Notes under the pieces: model-generated
Seen by the model: the letters and a program-made list of their open reading frames with translations, nothing else
The model's database searches: none
What the model was told of the DNA's origin: nothing
Position numbers and translations under genes: made by a program
From: Lachnospiraceae bacterium
GTDB lineage: Bacteria; Bacillota; Clostridia; Lachnospirales; Lachnospiraceae
Assembly (NCBI GenBank): GCA_029012365.1
Contig: JAQXLY010000063.1
Span: 5,139 to 69,138, forward strand
DNA length: 64,000 nt
Reading direction: 5' to 3'
In this document: positions 9,447-17,857 of the stretch, one piece after another
Position numbering within the stretch: position 1 is the first letter of the stretch
Layout of the letters: each line of letters begins with the position of its first letter

Positions 9447-10316
9447 TTATATCGTTAAGCAGATTGTATAGAGAAAGAGCCTGCCTGTGTCATCAGTCGT
9501 GTAGTGATAGGGAAATCCGCATTGGTTCAGTACCCTTTGTGAAGCGGTGTTGTCTGTTTTTACTTTCGCGGAAATGGTTGTATAGCCCAAGTCCTTTGCA
9601 TAAGCAAGGAGTGTGGGAATACACTCTTTTGCATAACCCCGTTTACGATACGGAACATCAATCAGGTATCCGAGAGAAAATGCTCCGTTTTCATCCTCCG
9701 GTAAAGAAAAGCCGGCCCGGCCGATTAAGGTACCGGTATTCTTTTCAAAGACACCCCAAAGTGCAAGGTCAAAAATCGGGTAAATGTTAGAAAGATAGGA
9801 AAGATGCTTTTCCTGTTCCGTTTCATAATCGGCGGGTGTCTCCTCCATAAACGATGCTGTTTCCGGATTGCTGCACATAGGATAGAGGAAAGGAAAATCT
9901 TCTTTTGAAAACTCCCGTATGAGGAGACGCTTTGTAGTCAGAATCTCGGCAGGATAAGACATGGCATGTGCGTGGGTGCGGTGCAGATACGCTGCATCAA
10001 CCGAAGCAAAGCTTTCTAATAAGGCATACGCACGGGAGAGGTTTTCTTTCCCGGAAGCCGGATTGATAAAACCGATACACGGAATACCGGCTGCCTTTGC
10101 GGCTATGGTTCCTTTTTCCGAGTCTGTAATAACCAGACATTCCTCCGGCAAGATACCAAGCTCCTTTGCGGCCGTTAAAAAGAGGTTCGGTGCCGGCTTC
10201 GGATTTGCAAGAGAAGAGGCAGTGGTGAGTTTTAATCCCACAGTCTTCAAATGATAAAAAATCGGTTCCGTACCGGTTATAACTCCGTCTATGTCAATAA
10301 TAACACCTTTTAGCAT
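9447..10316 (-). CDS. fusion protein: reduced (cap-less) HAD-like domain plus a GNAT (RimJ/RimL-type) N-acetyltransferase
   Basis: N-terminus IIDIDGV (HAD motif I), KPAPNLF and ITDSEKGTIAAKAAG (motifs III/IV). C-terminal ~175 aa are GNAT-like (LLIREFSKEDF...RKRGYAKE...NTASQRVLNQCGF). Start set at the ATG at 10316, which has an AAGGAG RBS. Confidence 0.7.
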   Translation of the reverse strand: MLKGVIIDIDGVITGTEPIFYHLKTVGLKLTTASSLANPKPAPNLFLTAAKELGILPEECLVITDSEKGTIAAKAAGIPCIGFINPASGKENLSRAYALLESFASVDAAYLHRTHAHAMSYPAEILTTKRLLIREFSKEDFPFLYPMCSNPETASFMEETPADYETEQEKHLSYLSNIYPIFDLALWGVFEKNTGTLIGRAGFSLPEDENGAFSLGYLIDVPYRKRGYAKECIPTLLAYAKDLGYTTISAKVKTDNTASQRVLNQCGFPYHYTTDDTGRLFLYTICLTI

Positions 10317-10554
10317 AAGCAAGTCTCCTTTGGTTGTTATCAAGAAGAAAACACTGAGTATTCAGCACTTCCCTAAGTTTAGCACATAAGCTATGGTTCG
10401 TAAAGAAAAACAGCAAAAACGAAAAAAAACAAAAAAATGAAAAAAAGACTTGATTATCTTCGCGTTTTGTGTTTTCCTATTAGTATGGATTTTGCTCAAA
10501 CGAATGCGAGCATATTCCGGTTCCATATAAACTGAAAGGCTGGTAGGAAGTATT

Positions 10555-11874
10555 ATGAAAAAAGTTGTAAAGTTTGGCGGAAGTTCTCTGGCAAGCGCAG
10601 AACAGTTTAAGAAGGTAGGAGACATCATACGTGCGGATGAGAGTCGTAAGTATGTCGTGCCGTCTGCACCGGGAAAGCGTCATTCGAAAGATACGAAGGT
10701 AACGGATATGCTGTACGGCTGTTATGCACTGGCAGAGGCAGACAAGGATTTTTCTGCCGAACTGGCTGCTATTGAGGCACGTTATAATGAGATTATTAAT
10801 GGTCTGGGCTTAAAGCTGTCCTTAATGGAGGAATTCGAGGTAATCGAGAAGAACTTTAAGTTAAAAGCCGGCAGTGATTATGCAGCATCCCGCGGTGAGT
10901 ATTTAAACGGCCGTATTATGGCATCTTATCTCGGATATGAGTTCATTGATGCGGCAGAGGTTATTTTCTTCCACAGTGACGGTTCTTTTGATGCGGAAAA
11001 GACGGACACTGTACTTAGTAAGCGTCTTGCAAAGGCGGAGCGTGCGGTAATTCCGGGCTTTTACGGTGCTAAGAAGGGCGGAGAGGTAAAGACCTTTTCC
11101 CGTGGTGGTTCCGATATTACCGGTTCTATTGTTGCAAGAGCAGCAAAGGCGGATTTGTATGAGAACTGGACAGATACTTCCGGGTTCCTTGTAACTGACC
11201 CGCGTATTGTTGAGAACCCGAAGCCGATTACCACAATTACATATAAAGAGCTTCGTGAGCTTTCATACATGGGAGCAAGCGTATTCCATGAGGATGCAAT
11301 CTTCCCGGTAAGAAAGGCCGGTATTCCGATTAATATCCGTAATACCAATGCCCCGGAGGATGAGGGCACCATGATTGTAGAGAGCACTTGCCGTACACCG
11401 GAATACACTATTACTGGCATTGCCGGTAAGAAGGGCTTTGTGGCAATTAATATTGAAAAGGATATGATGAACTCAGAAATCGGTTTTGGCAGAAAGGTTC
11501 TTCAGGCGTTTGAAGAAAATGGTATTTCCTTTGAGCATGTACCGTCAGGTATTGATACTATGACTGTTTTTGTACATCAGCCGGAATTTGAAGGAAAAGA
11601 GCAGAATGTTTTAAGTGCGATTCACCGTCTGGCCGCTCCGGATTCCATAGATTTAGAGGCAAATCTCGCGCTGATTGCTGTCGTGGGTCGCGGAATGAAG
11701 TCTAATCGTGGTACTGCAGCAAGAATTTTTGCAGCACTTGCCCATAACAACATCAACATCAAAATGATTGATCAGGGCTCCAGTGAGCTGAATATTATTA
11801 TCGGTGTACGTAACGAGGACTTTGATCTTGCAATTAAGGCTATCTACGATATTTTTGTATCGTCGGTGCTTTAA
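10555..11874 (+). CDS. aspartate kinase
   Basis: VVKFGGSSLA...GGSDITGS... with C-terminal ACT repeats (ALIAVVGRGM...INIKMIDQGSSELNI), 439 aa. Confidence 0.9.
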   Translation: MKKVVKFGGSSLASAEQFKKVGDIIRADESRKYVVPSAPGKRHSKDTKVTDMLYGCYALAEADKDFSAELAAIEARYNEIINGLGLKLSLMEEFEVIEKNFKLKAGSDYAASRGEYLNGRIMASYLGYEFIDAAEVIFFHSDGSFDAEKTDTVLSKRLAKAERAVIPGFYGAKKGGEVKTFSRGGSDITGSIVARAAKADLYENWTDTSGFLVTDPRIVENPKPITTITYKELRELSYMGASVFHEDAIFPVRKAGIPINIRNTNAPEDEGTMIVESTCRTPEYTITGIAGKKGFVAINIEKDMMNSEIGFGRKVLQAFEENGISFEHVPSGIDTMTVFVHQPEFEGKEQNVLSAIHRLAAPDSIDLEANLALIAVVGRGMKSNRGTAARIFAALAHNNINIKMIDQGSSELNIIIGVRNEDFDLAIKAIYDIFVSSVL

Positions 11875-11916
11875 TACATAAAGTTAAGCATATTAAAGAG
11901 AAAGTGGGGTATTTCA

Positions 11917-12531
11917 ATGAAAATTCAAAACGTAACAGACAAGGCATTTAAGAAGTACGGTAAGGTTGTAACCGGAATCGATTTTTCCGATATGCTTGCA
12001 GTAATGAAGCAGAAGGAAATTCCGGCAGATGTTGTTTATGAGCCGGGTCTTCCGGAGCTTGAGGCATGTGCTTCCGCAAAGGATTTGTGCGAGAGCGTGT
12101 ACGGCGGTATGCCGATTCAGGTAGGTCATTGCAGCGGTAACAATAACAAGTTAAACGCAGTGGAGTATCACAGAGATTCAGAGGTAAATATTTCCGTTGA
12201 CGGTATGATTTTACTTCTCGGCAAGGAAGAGGATATTGAGGATGACTATACCTATGATACCGCTAATATTGAGGCATTTTTAGTACCGGCAGGCGTTGCG
12301 GTAGAGCTTTATGCTACGACACTTCACTATGCTCCTTGTAATTCCGAAAAGAGCGGTTTCCGCGGTATTGTAGTGCTTCCGAAGGGAACGAACTATGAAC
12401 TTACAAAGAAGCCTTCTAAGACCCCGGAGGATAAGCTGATTACCCATGTAAATAAATGGCTTATCGCACACGAGGATGCGAAGATTGCAGGTGCATTTAA
12501 CGGCTTAAAGGGCGAGAATATTACACTGTAA
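11917..12531 (+). CDS. DUF4867-like protein (cupin / ureidoglycolate-lyase-like fold), function unknown
   Basis: 204-aa ORF with a good RBS. The N-terminus MKIQNVTDKAFKKYGKVV resembles DUF4867 family members as I recall them; assignment is from memory only. Confidence 0.5.
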   Translation: MKIQNVTDKAFKKYGKVVTGIDFSDMLAVMKQKEIPADVVYEPGLPELEACASAKDLCESVYGGMPIQVGHCSGNNNKLNAVEYHRDSEVNISVDGMILLLGKEEDIEDDYTYDTANIEAFLVPAGVAVELYATTLHYAPCNSEKSGFRGIVVLPKGTNYELTKKPSKTPEDKLITHVNKWLIAHEDAKIAGAFNGLKGENITL

Positions 12532-12545
12532 AGAGAAGAATAATA

Positions 12546-12583
12546 AAATGGGGCTGTTGCATTCATATGTATCAGCCCCATTT
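12546..12583. terminator. bidirectional terminator hairpin
   Basis: Stem aaatggggctg/cagccccattt, flanked by A-rich and T-rich runs, between convergent genes. Confidence 0.7.
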
Positions 12584-12634
12584 GCTATGTGCGCCCGGCG
12601 GTCTGCCGAGGCAAGTTCTTTTTTCATCGGATAG

Positions 12635-13483
12635 TTATATCAATAAAGATAACAGGTATAGTACAAGTAAGTGTGCCGGATAAAAGATGTAAAAGAAATA
12701 TTTACATTTTTTGGAGCGGAGCAGTATGCCGTTGTACATGCCAATCGGGATGAAGGCAAGCAAAGAGGCAACATTGATTCCAAGGAATAAGATGCAGCCT
12801 AAAATGACCTGCATTTTCCTTGAGCCACGGAAATAGTAGAACACGGCAATTAAAAGAATGCCGATGTAGCTATAATCCGTCCGGAGCAGGATAGCAAGAA
12901 GACAGGCAAGCATGACACTGAAAAACTGTCCGAGTAACTGTTTTACTGCGCCTCGCGGATTTGTCTGCGACGTTTCAAAATGCTTCATGGCGCATAGCAT
13001 GAGAAGAGCCAGAAATAAGGTGAATACCGTGTTCTGGTATTGCGGACAGAAGACGGAAGCGGTTACGTTTTGTATTTTCAGAGCGGGAGCCGCCGTGGTA
13101 ACGACCAAATTAAACGGTATCTCGGCAACAAGCGCGCAAAGCCCCACCCGGAACAGGTAACGCTTTATGTCGGAGGTATGAAGAAAGCCTTCAACCAATA
13201 AAAAGGCATAAAGCGGAAATGCAATCCGGCCTACAAGACGCATTACGGTATACATGGAGTAAATACTTAAGTAATTTGCGGGAATTGCAGCAATTTCTTC
13301 TGCTGCAGCCTCTGCGGAAAAGATGATATCACGGTATTCCGGAAATTCGGAAAGCTTTGCGTAAACCAGAGTCAGTGCTGCATGGTCAATTAACATGGTA
13401 AGTGCGGCAAATATCTTCAGAAAATTTGCCGGAAAGCCCTTGAGCGGTTGTGTGTTGTTTACAATAGTTGTTTGATTCGTCAT
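12635..13483 (-). CDS. TraX family membrane protein
   Basis: Polytopic membrane ORF with the FLKIFAALTMLIDHAA motif typical of TraX. Confidence 0.8.
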   Translation of the reverse strand: MTNQTTIVNNTQPLKGFPANFLKIFAALTMLIDHAALTLVYAKLSEFPEYRDIIFSAEAAAEEIAAIPANYLSIYSMYTVMRLVGRIAFPLYAFLLVEGFLHTSDIKRYLFRVGLCALVAEIPFNLVVTTAAPALKIQNVTASVFCPQYQNTVFTLFLALLMLCAMKHFETSQTNPRGAVKQLLGQFFSVMLACLLAILLRTDYSYIGILLIAVFYYFRGSRKMQVILGCILFLGINVASLLAFIPIGMYNGILLRSKKCKYFFYIFYPAHLLVLYLLSLLI

Positions 13484-13577
13484 TGAAGTTTCCTCCTCTT
13501 TATGTTATGATTATATAGAAATACGGAAAGAATTTCAAGTAAGGATTTTCCTTTCGTAGGTGGGAAGGAGGAATGAA

Positions 13578-14795
13578 ATGGGAAGAAGACGGTTTTGGAG
13601 TATTTTCTTTGCGGCAGCCGGTTTGATTGTGCTTTATTGTCTGCTTCAGAAGCTTTCGGTTGTCGGGGCGGGAATCCGCTGGGTGTTTGGCATTTTTTCA
13701 CCGATTTTTGTGGGTTTTATTATTGCATTTGTTCTGAATCTGCCGATGCGCGGTCTGGAAAAAATGTGGGATAAATGTGAAGCGGGTATAAGTAATCTTT
13801 CCGCAAAGAGAAGAAGAAAGAAAAAAGTACCGTATCTACCGGGCGGCAACGGTACGGGGAAAGCAGGCTTAAGTAAAGTGAGTCGTTTGCTTCGGCGTCC
13901 GGTATGTCTTTTGATGTCGATTCTTATTATTTTGGCGATATTATCTGCCGTGGTAGCAGTGATTTTGCCGGAGATAGGAAATGCTGTAATGCTGATTGTC
14001 AATGGTGTGCCGGGCTGGTTAGATAATGTAAAAGCATGGTGTGTGGAATATGCTGAGGAGTATCCGTTCATCAGTGAGGTGATTTCGAAGCTTAATATCG
14101 ACTGGGAAGCAACTGCGAAAAGTCTTTTAAGTCTGATAGGTACGGGTACAATCGGTGTGGTCGGAAGCACATTTGCAAGTATCATCAATACCTTCGGCGG
14201 GATTGTGGATTTTTTCATTGCATTGATTTTCGGCATTTACGTGCTTCTGAATAAGGAAACGCTTGCAAGGCAGATAAAAAGGCTTCTTCTGGCATTTTTA
14301 CCGGAGCGGATACAGGAGCGGATACTGCATGTAGCATCAACCGCTCACGGGATATTTTGTGCTTTTGTAACGGGACAGTGCATTGAAGCCGTGATTTTAG
14401 GTAGTCTTTGTGCGGTAGGCATGCTTATTTTCCGTTTCCCTTATGCGGCAATGATTGGTGTGCTGGTAGGAGTGACGGCATTGATTCCGGTGGTAGGAGC
14501 GTTTATCGGAGCCGGTGTGGGTGCATTTCTGATTATGATGAATGACCCGTTTCAGGCGTTGATGTTTATCATCTACATTGTTGTTCTTCAACAGATAGAG
14601 GGAAATATTATTTATCCGAAGGTAGTGGGCAGCTCTGTGGGACTCCCTGCGATGTGGGTGCTTGCATCGGTTACGGTGGGAGCAGGTATCGGCGGTGTTG
14701 TCGGTATGCTGTTTGCGGTGCCTACTGCTTCCGTATTGTACACACTGCTTCGTGAAATGACCGAAAGGCGTCTGGAAAAGAAAAAGGTTATATGA
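13578..14795 (+). CDS. AI-2E family transporter (PerM/YhhT-like)
   Basis: Polytopic membrane protein with LQQIEGNIIYPKVVG. Start moved to the ATG at 13578, behind GGAAGGAGG. Confidence 0.85.
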   Translation: MGRRRFWSIFFAAAGLIVLYCLLQKLSVVGAGIRWVFGIFSPIFVGFIIAFVLNLPMRGLEKMWDKCEAGISNLSAKRRRKKKVPYLPGGNGTGKAGLSKVSRLLRRPVCLLMSILIILAILSAVVAVILPEIGNAVMLIVNGVPGWLDNVKAWCVEYAEEYPFISEVISKLNIDWEATAKSLLSLIGTGTIGVVGSTFASIINTFGGIVDFFIALIFGIYVLLNKETLARQIKRLLLAFLPERIQERILHVASTAHGIFCAFVTGQCIEAVILGSLCAVGMLIFRFPYAAMIGVLVGVTALIPVVGAFIGAGVGAFLIMMNDPFQALMFIIYIVVLQQIEGNIIYPKVVGSSVGLPAMWVLASVTVGAGIGGVVGMLFAVPTASVLYTLLREMTERRLEKKKVI

Positions 14796-14829
14796 GTAAA
14801 AGTAAAAACAGGATAAACAGGAGATTCGT

Positions 14830-15375
14830 ATGACAAAGAAGAGAGCGGTAATAAAAGAGATTATCAGTTGGGCAGTTGTATTGGTGCTTGCTTTTATAAT
14901 AGGGAATTGTCTGAATAAATATGTTTTGCTGAAGGCGGAGATTCCGTCCGGTTCTATGGAAAACACCCTGAAGGTCGGGGATCGTGTATTTGGATTTCGA
15001 CTTGCATATTTGTTTTCAAAGCCTGAGAGAGGAGATATTGTAATGTTTGACTTTCCGGATGATGAGAGTACGCTGTATGTAAAGCGAATCATCGGGCTGC
15101 CGGGAGAAACAGTGGAAATCGTAGATGGAAAAGTTTATGTCTGGAATGACGGAAACGGCGAGAGTAAGACGCTGCTGGAGGAGGATTATTTAAAAGAAAC
15201 TCCGGTAGGGTCATACGGACCTTACGAAGTTCCGGAGGGGTGTTATTTTATGATGGGAGATAACCGGAATAGTTCATGGGATTCCAGAAAGTGGCAGAAC
15301 AAATATGTTTCGGAAGAAAAAATCAAATGCAAGGTGTGGTTCCGTTACAAGCCGACTTTCGGATTCATCCGGTAG
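14830..15375 (+). CDS. lepB: signal peptidase I
   Basis: SGSMENTL (catalytic Ser), VKRIIGLPGE (Lys box) and GDNRNSSWDSR motifs. Confidence 0.9.
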   Translation: MTKKRAVIKEIISWAVVLVLAFIIGNCLNKYVLLKAEIPSGSMENTLKVGDRVFGFRLAYLFSKPERGDIVMFDFPDDESTLYVKRIIGLPGETVEIVDGKVYVWNDGNGESKTLLEEDYLKETPVGSYGPYEVPEGCYFMMGDNRNSSWDSRKWQNKYVSEEKIKCKVWFRYKPTFGFIR

Positions 15376-15380
15376 GATAA

Positions 15381-15647
15381 TCAGTGATGGGGATGTTTAC
15401 TGATAACAGCATGTGCCTGTGTGATTTCTGCCATAATGGAGGCTTTAAACTGGGCATCGAATTCACAAAGACGTGACATTAATTCTCCTTGTGTCGTAGC
15501 AACATATTTCGGTTTTACCCGGTTTAAGGTATAAGAGGCAATATCCAGACGGCAGCGTTCACATTTACATCCGTCCAGATTTGCTAACATTTCGTCAAGA
15601 GTTAGTATAACATATTCTTCCATGATATTTCGTAAAATAAGTTCCAT
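15381..15647 (-). CDS. ComFB family protein
   Basis: NIMEEYV...CKCERCRLDIASYTLNRVKPKY is typical of late-competence ComFB. Start set at the ATG at 15647, which has a GGAGG RBS. Confidence 0.75.
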   Translation of the reverse strand: MELILRNIMEEYVILTLDEMLANLDGCKCERCRLDIASYTLNRVKPKYVATTQGELMSRLCEFDAQFKASIMAEITQAHAVISKHPHH

Positions 15648-15765
15648 AGCGAAACCTCCGTTCATTTGTATAGCTTTATGGTAACATGTTTTGGGAGGAA
15701 TGTAAAGAAAAACATAAGAGGTAGTTTAGAAAATATATAATATGAAATAGTTTTGGAGGAATCGT

Positions 15766-16728
15766 ATGAATATCGTTGTTTTGGAACGAAACAGTGTTGG
15801 ACCGGATATTCCGGTGGATTGCTTTGAAGAATTGGGAAATGTGACGTATTACAGAAACACGGTGACACTGGAAGAGGTAAAAGAGCGTGTGAAGGATGCG
15901 GATATCATTGTGGCAAATAAGTCCCCGATGTGTGAGGAAAGCTTAAAGGATGCGCCGAACGTAAAGATGATTTGTGAGTTTGCCACCGGCTATGACAACT
16001 GTGATTTGGATTATTGTAAATCCAGAGACATCCGCGTGACCAACGTGGTGGATTATTGTACCGCAATGGTGGCACAGCATACGTTCACGCTTGCACTGGC
16101 ACTGTCCCAGAAGCTGTTTCATTACGACAATTATGTAAAATCCGGTGCCTATAGTGCACAGGACCGTTTCTCTAATTTTGATTTGCCGTTTTATGAGCTT
16201 GACGGAAAGACATGGGGAATTGTCGGTATGGGAAATATCGGGAGGCGCGTGGCAAGGATTGCGACTGCTTTCGGCTGCAGGGTAGTTTTTTATTCCGTAA
16301 CCGGACAGAGTACCTGTACGGATTGGCAGAGGGTGGATAAGGACACTTTATTGAAAGAAAGTGATTTTCTTTCCCTGCATTGCCCGCTTAGCAACCTGAC
16401 GAGGAATTTTATTGATAAGGACGCTTTGCGGAAGATGAAATCTACGGCAATTCTTATCAATGTAGCAAGAGGTCAGGTGGTGAATAATACTGATCTTTAT
16501 GATGCTTTAGAGCAGGGAGAAATTGCAGGGGCAGGGCTGGATGTACTGGAAAAAGAACCGCTTTCATTGTCGAATCCTTTAAGTAAAATAAAGGACAGTA
16601 ATAAACTCATTATCACACCACATCTGGCGTGGGGCAGTGTAGAGGCCCGTACCAGATGCGTAGAAGGTGTGTATGAAAATATCCGGGCATTTAAACAGGG
16701 AGAGGACAGGAACGTGGTCAGCCCGTAG
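15766..16728 (+). CDS. D-isomer-specific 2-hydroxyacid dehydrogenase (glycerate dehydrogenase-like)
   Basis: NAD-binding GIVGMGNIGRRVA, plus INVARG and ITPHLAW motifs. Confidence 0.85.
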   Translation: MNIVVLERNSVGPDIPVDCFEELGNVTYYRNTVTLEEVKERVKDADIIVANKSPMCEESLKDAPNVKMICEFATGYDNCDLDYCKSRDIRVTNVVDYCTAMVAQHTFTLALALSQKLFHYDNYVKSGAYSAQDRFSNFDLPFYELDGKTWGIVGMGNIGRRVARIATAFGCRVVFYSVTGQSTCTDWQRVDKDTLLKESDFLSLHCPLSNLTRNFIDKDALRKMKSTAILINVARGQVVNNTDLYDALEQGEIAGAGLDVLEKEPLSLSNPLSKIKDSNKLIITPHLAWGSVEARTRCVEGVYENIRAFKQGEDRNVVSP

Positions 16729-16738
16729 TAATACCGAA

Positions 16739-17017
16739 TCAGCACTGTAACAGACGAATATAATGCTTTGCTTCACGGAGAATATGTTCGATTAAAAGTG
16801 GGTAGTTCATTGTAAACATATCACAAGACAGAACCTTTTCCAATATAGTCTCCTTAAATGAAATTAATCCGTTCAGTAATTGCAAAGCCCGGCGATTGAG
16901 CTGCTGTACCTGACACAGCATTCTTGAAGTATCAATACACCGACAGCCGCGTCCGCTTAAACGAAGTGTCCTTTCTGTGATTTCTTTGTTGATGGAGATG
17001 CCGGTAAAGCGGTCCGT
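16739..17017 (-). pseudogene. 3' remnant of a DUF2935 (hemerythrin-like) gene
   Basis: The open frame encodes only ~92 aa, ending ...YPLLIEHILREAKHYIRLLQC. This matches the conserved C-terminus of ~270-aa DUF2935 proteins. The frame is closed by a stop at 17018-17020 and the only start codon leaves 60 aa. Confidence 0.5.
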
Positions 17018-17049
17018 CTAAGAGTGGGAGAGGTTCCGATTTAGTGAAA

Positions 17050-17538
17050 TCAGCTTTTAGGAGAGATATGAATCTGTTTCCATTCGTTTATGAGACGTTC
17101 TGCCGACCATGCCGCGTTGGCGGGAGAAGTGGAGGGGAGGCAGACTGCCTTGCGACCGATGGAGTCCATAATGTATTTCTTATAATATTTTTCTGCTGTC
17201 TTTCCGTTTACAAAGATGGTTTTAATATCAGCATGTTCCAAAATCCGTGTTAAGTCATTCGGAACCACATTTTTGATGGAGCTGTCAGAGCTTCCTTCTA
17301 TATCACAGGAGGCAATGACATCCCAGAGCGCAATGCCGTGGGAGAGTAGAAAGGAGCGCTTTTCTTCCATGGTATGCGGCTCCGGTGCATTAAAAACGGC
17401 AGAAGTAACCTTCCAGAAGCGGTTTTGCGGATGACCGTAGAAAAACTGCACTTCTCTGGATTTTACAGAAGGGAAGCTTCCGAGAATAAGGAGTTTTGAA
17501 TTGCTGTCAAAGACAGGGGGAATGGGGTGGATAATCAT
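17050..17538 (-). CDS. DNA-deoxyinosine glycosylase (uracil-DNA glycosylase superfamily)
   Basis: MIIHPIPPVFDSNSKLLILGSFPSVKSREVQFFYGHPQNRFW. Start set at the ATG at 17538, which has a GGAGG RBS; the upstream 27 codons have no support. Confidence 0.8.
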   Translation of the reverse strand: MIIHPIPPVFDSNSKLLILGSFPSVKSREVQFFYGHPQNRFWKVTSAVFNAPEPHTMEEKRSFLLSHGIALWDVIASCDIEGSSDSSIKNVVPNDLTRILEHADIKTIFVNGKTAEKYYKKYIMDSIGRKAVCLPSTSPANAAWSAERLINEWKQIHISPKS

Positions 17539-17637
17539 GTGCGCCTCCTTTCGGAAGGGTAAGTTATACGCAAGGCAGGTTCCTTGTAGTCCATGAGGGG
17601 CTTTTGACCCCAACATCATCCTATTAGATAAAAAAAT

Positions 17638-17666
17638 TGTGAAACCGCTGTATCAGCGATTTCACA
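17638..17666 (-). terminator. terminator downstream of tRNA-Leu
   Basis: Hairpin tgtgaaaccgctg/cagcgatttcaca flanked by A7/T7 runs; on the minus strand it is followed by TTTTTTT. Confidence 0.6.
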
Positions 17667-17679
17667 GATAAAAAAAGAA

Positions 17680-17762
17680 TGCGGATGGCGGGACTTGAAC
17701 CCGCACGAGCGTGAACCCGGCAGATTTTGAGTCTGCTGCGTCTGCCATTCCGCCACATCCGC
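17680..17762 (-). tRNA. tRNA-Leu (anticodon CAA), class II with a long variable arm, no encoded CCA
   Basis: The reverse complement reads GCGGATG-TG-GCGGAATGGCAGACGC...GCAGA-CTCAAAA-TCTGC...GCGGGTTCAAGTCCCGC-CATCCGC-A. Acceptor, anticodon and T arms all pair. Confidence 0.9.
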
Positions 17763-17795
17763 ATATCAGCGATATTGCTTCGCCGAACAGAAGAT

Positions 17796-17824
17796 AGTTT
17801 ACCATATTTTTTTGCGTTTGGCAA
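17796..17824 (-). promoter_or_regulatory. promoter for tRNA-Leu
   Basis: On the minus strand: TTGCCA, 17 nt, TAAACT with a TGg extended -10, about 30 nt upstream of the tRNA 5' end. Confidence 0.5.
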
Positions 17825-17857
17825 GATGTATTTTAAAATTTCATGAACTTATTCGGT

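Noticed and set aside
10380-10554. Possible lysine (L-box) riboswitch or other leader upstream of the aspartate kinase gene
   Set aside because: The region is dominated by an A-rich tract (aaagaaaaacagcaaaaacgaaaaaaaacaaaaaaatgaaaaaaag). It has none of the conserved L-box helices or motifs I can recall, and no terminator/antiterminator pair. It is more likely an AT-rich upstream promoter region.
17624-17824. 66-aa ORF on the minus strand
   Set aside because: It overlaps the tRNA-Leu(CAA) gene and its promoter and terminator. The region is explained by the tRNA.
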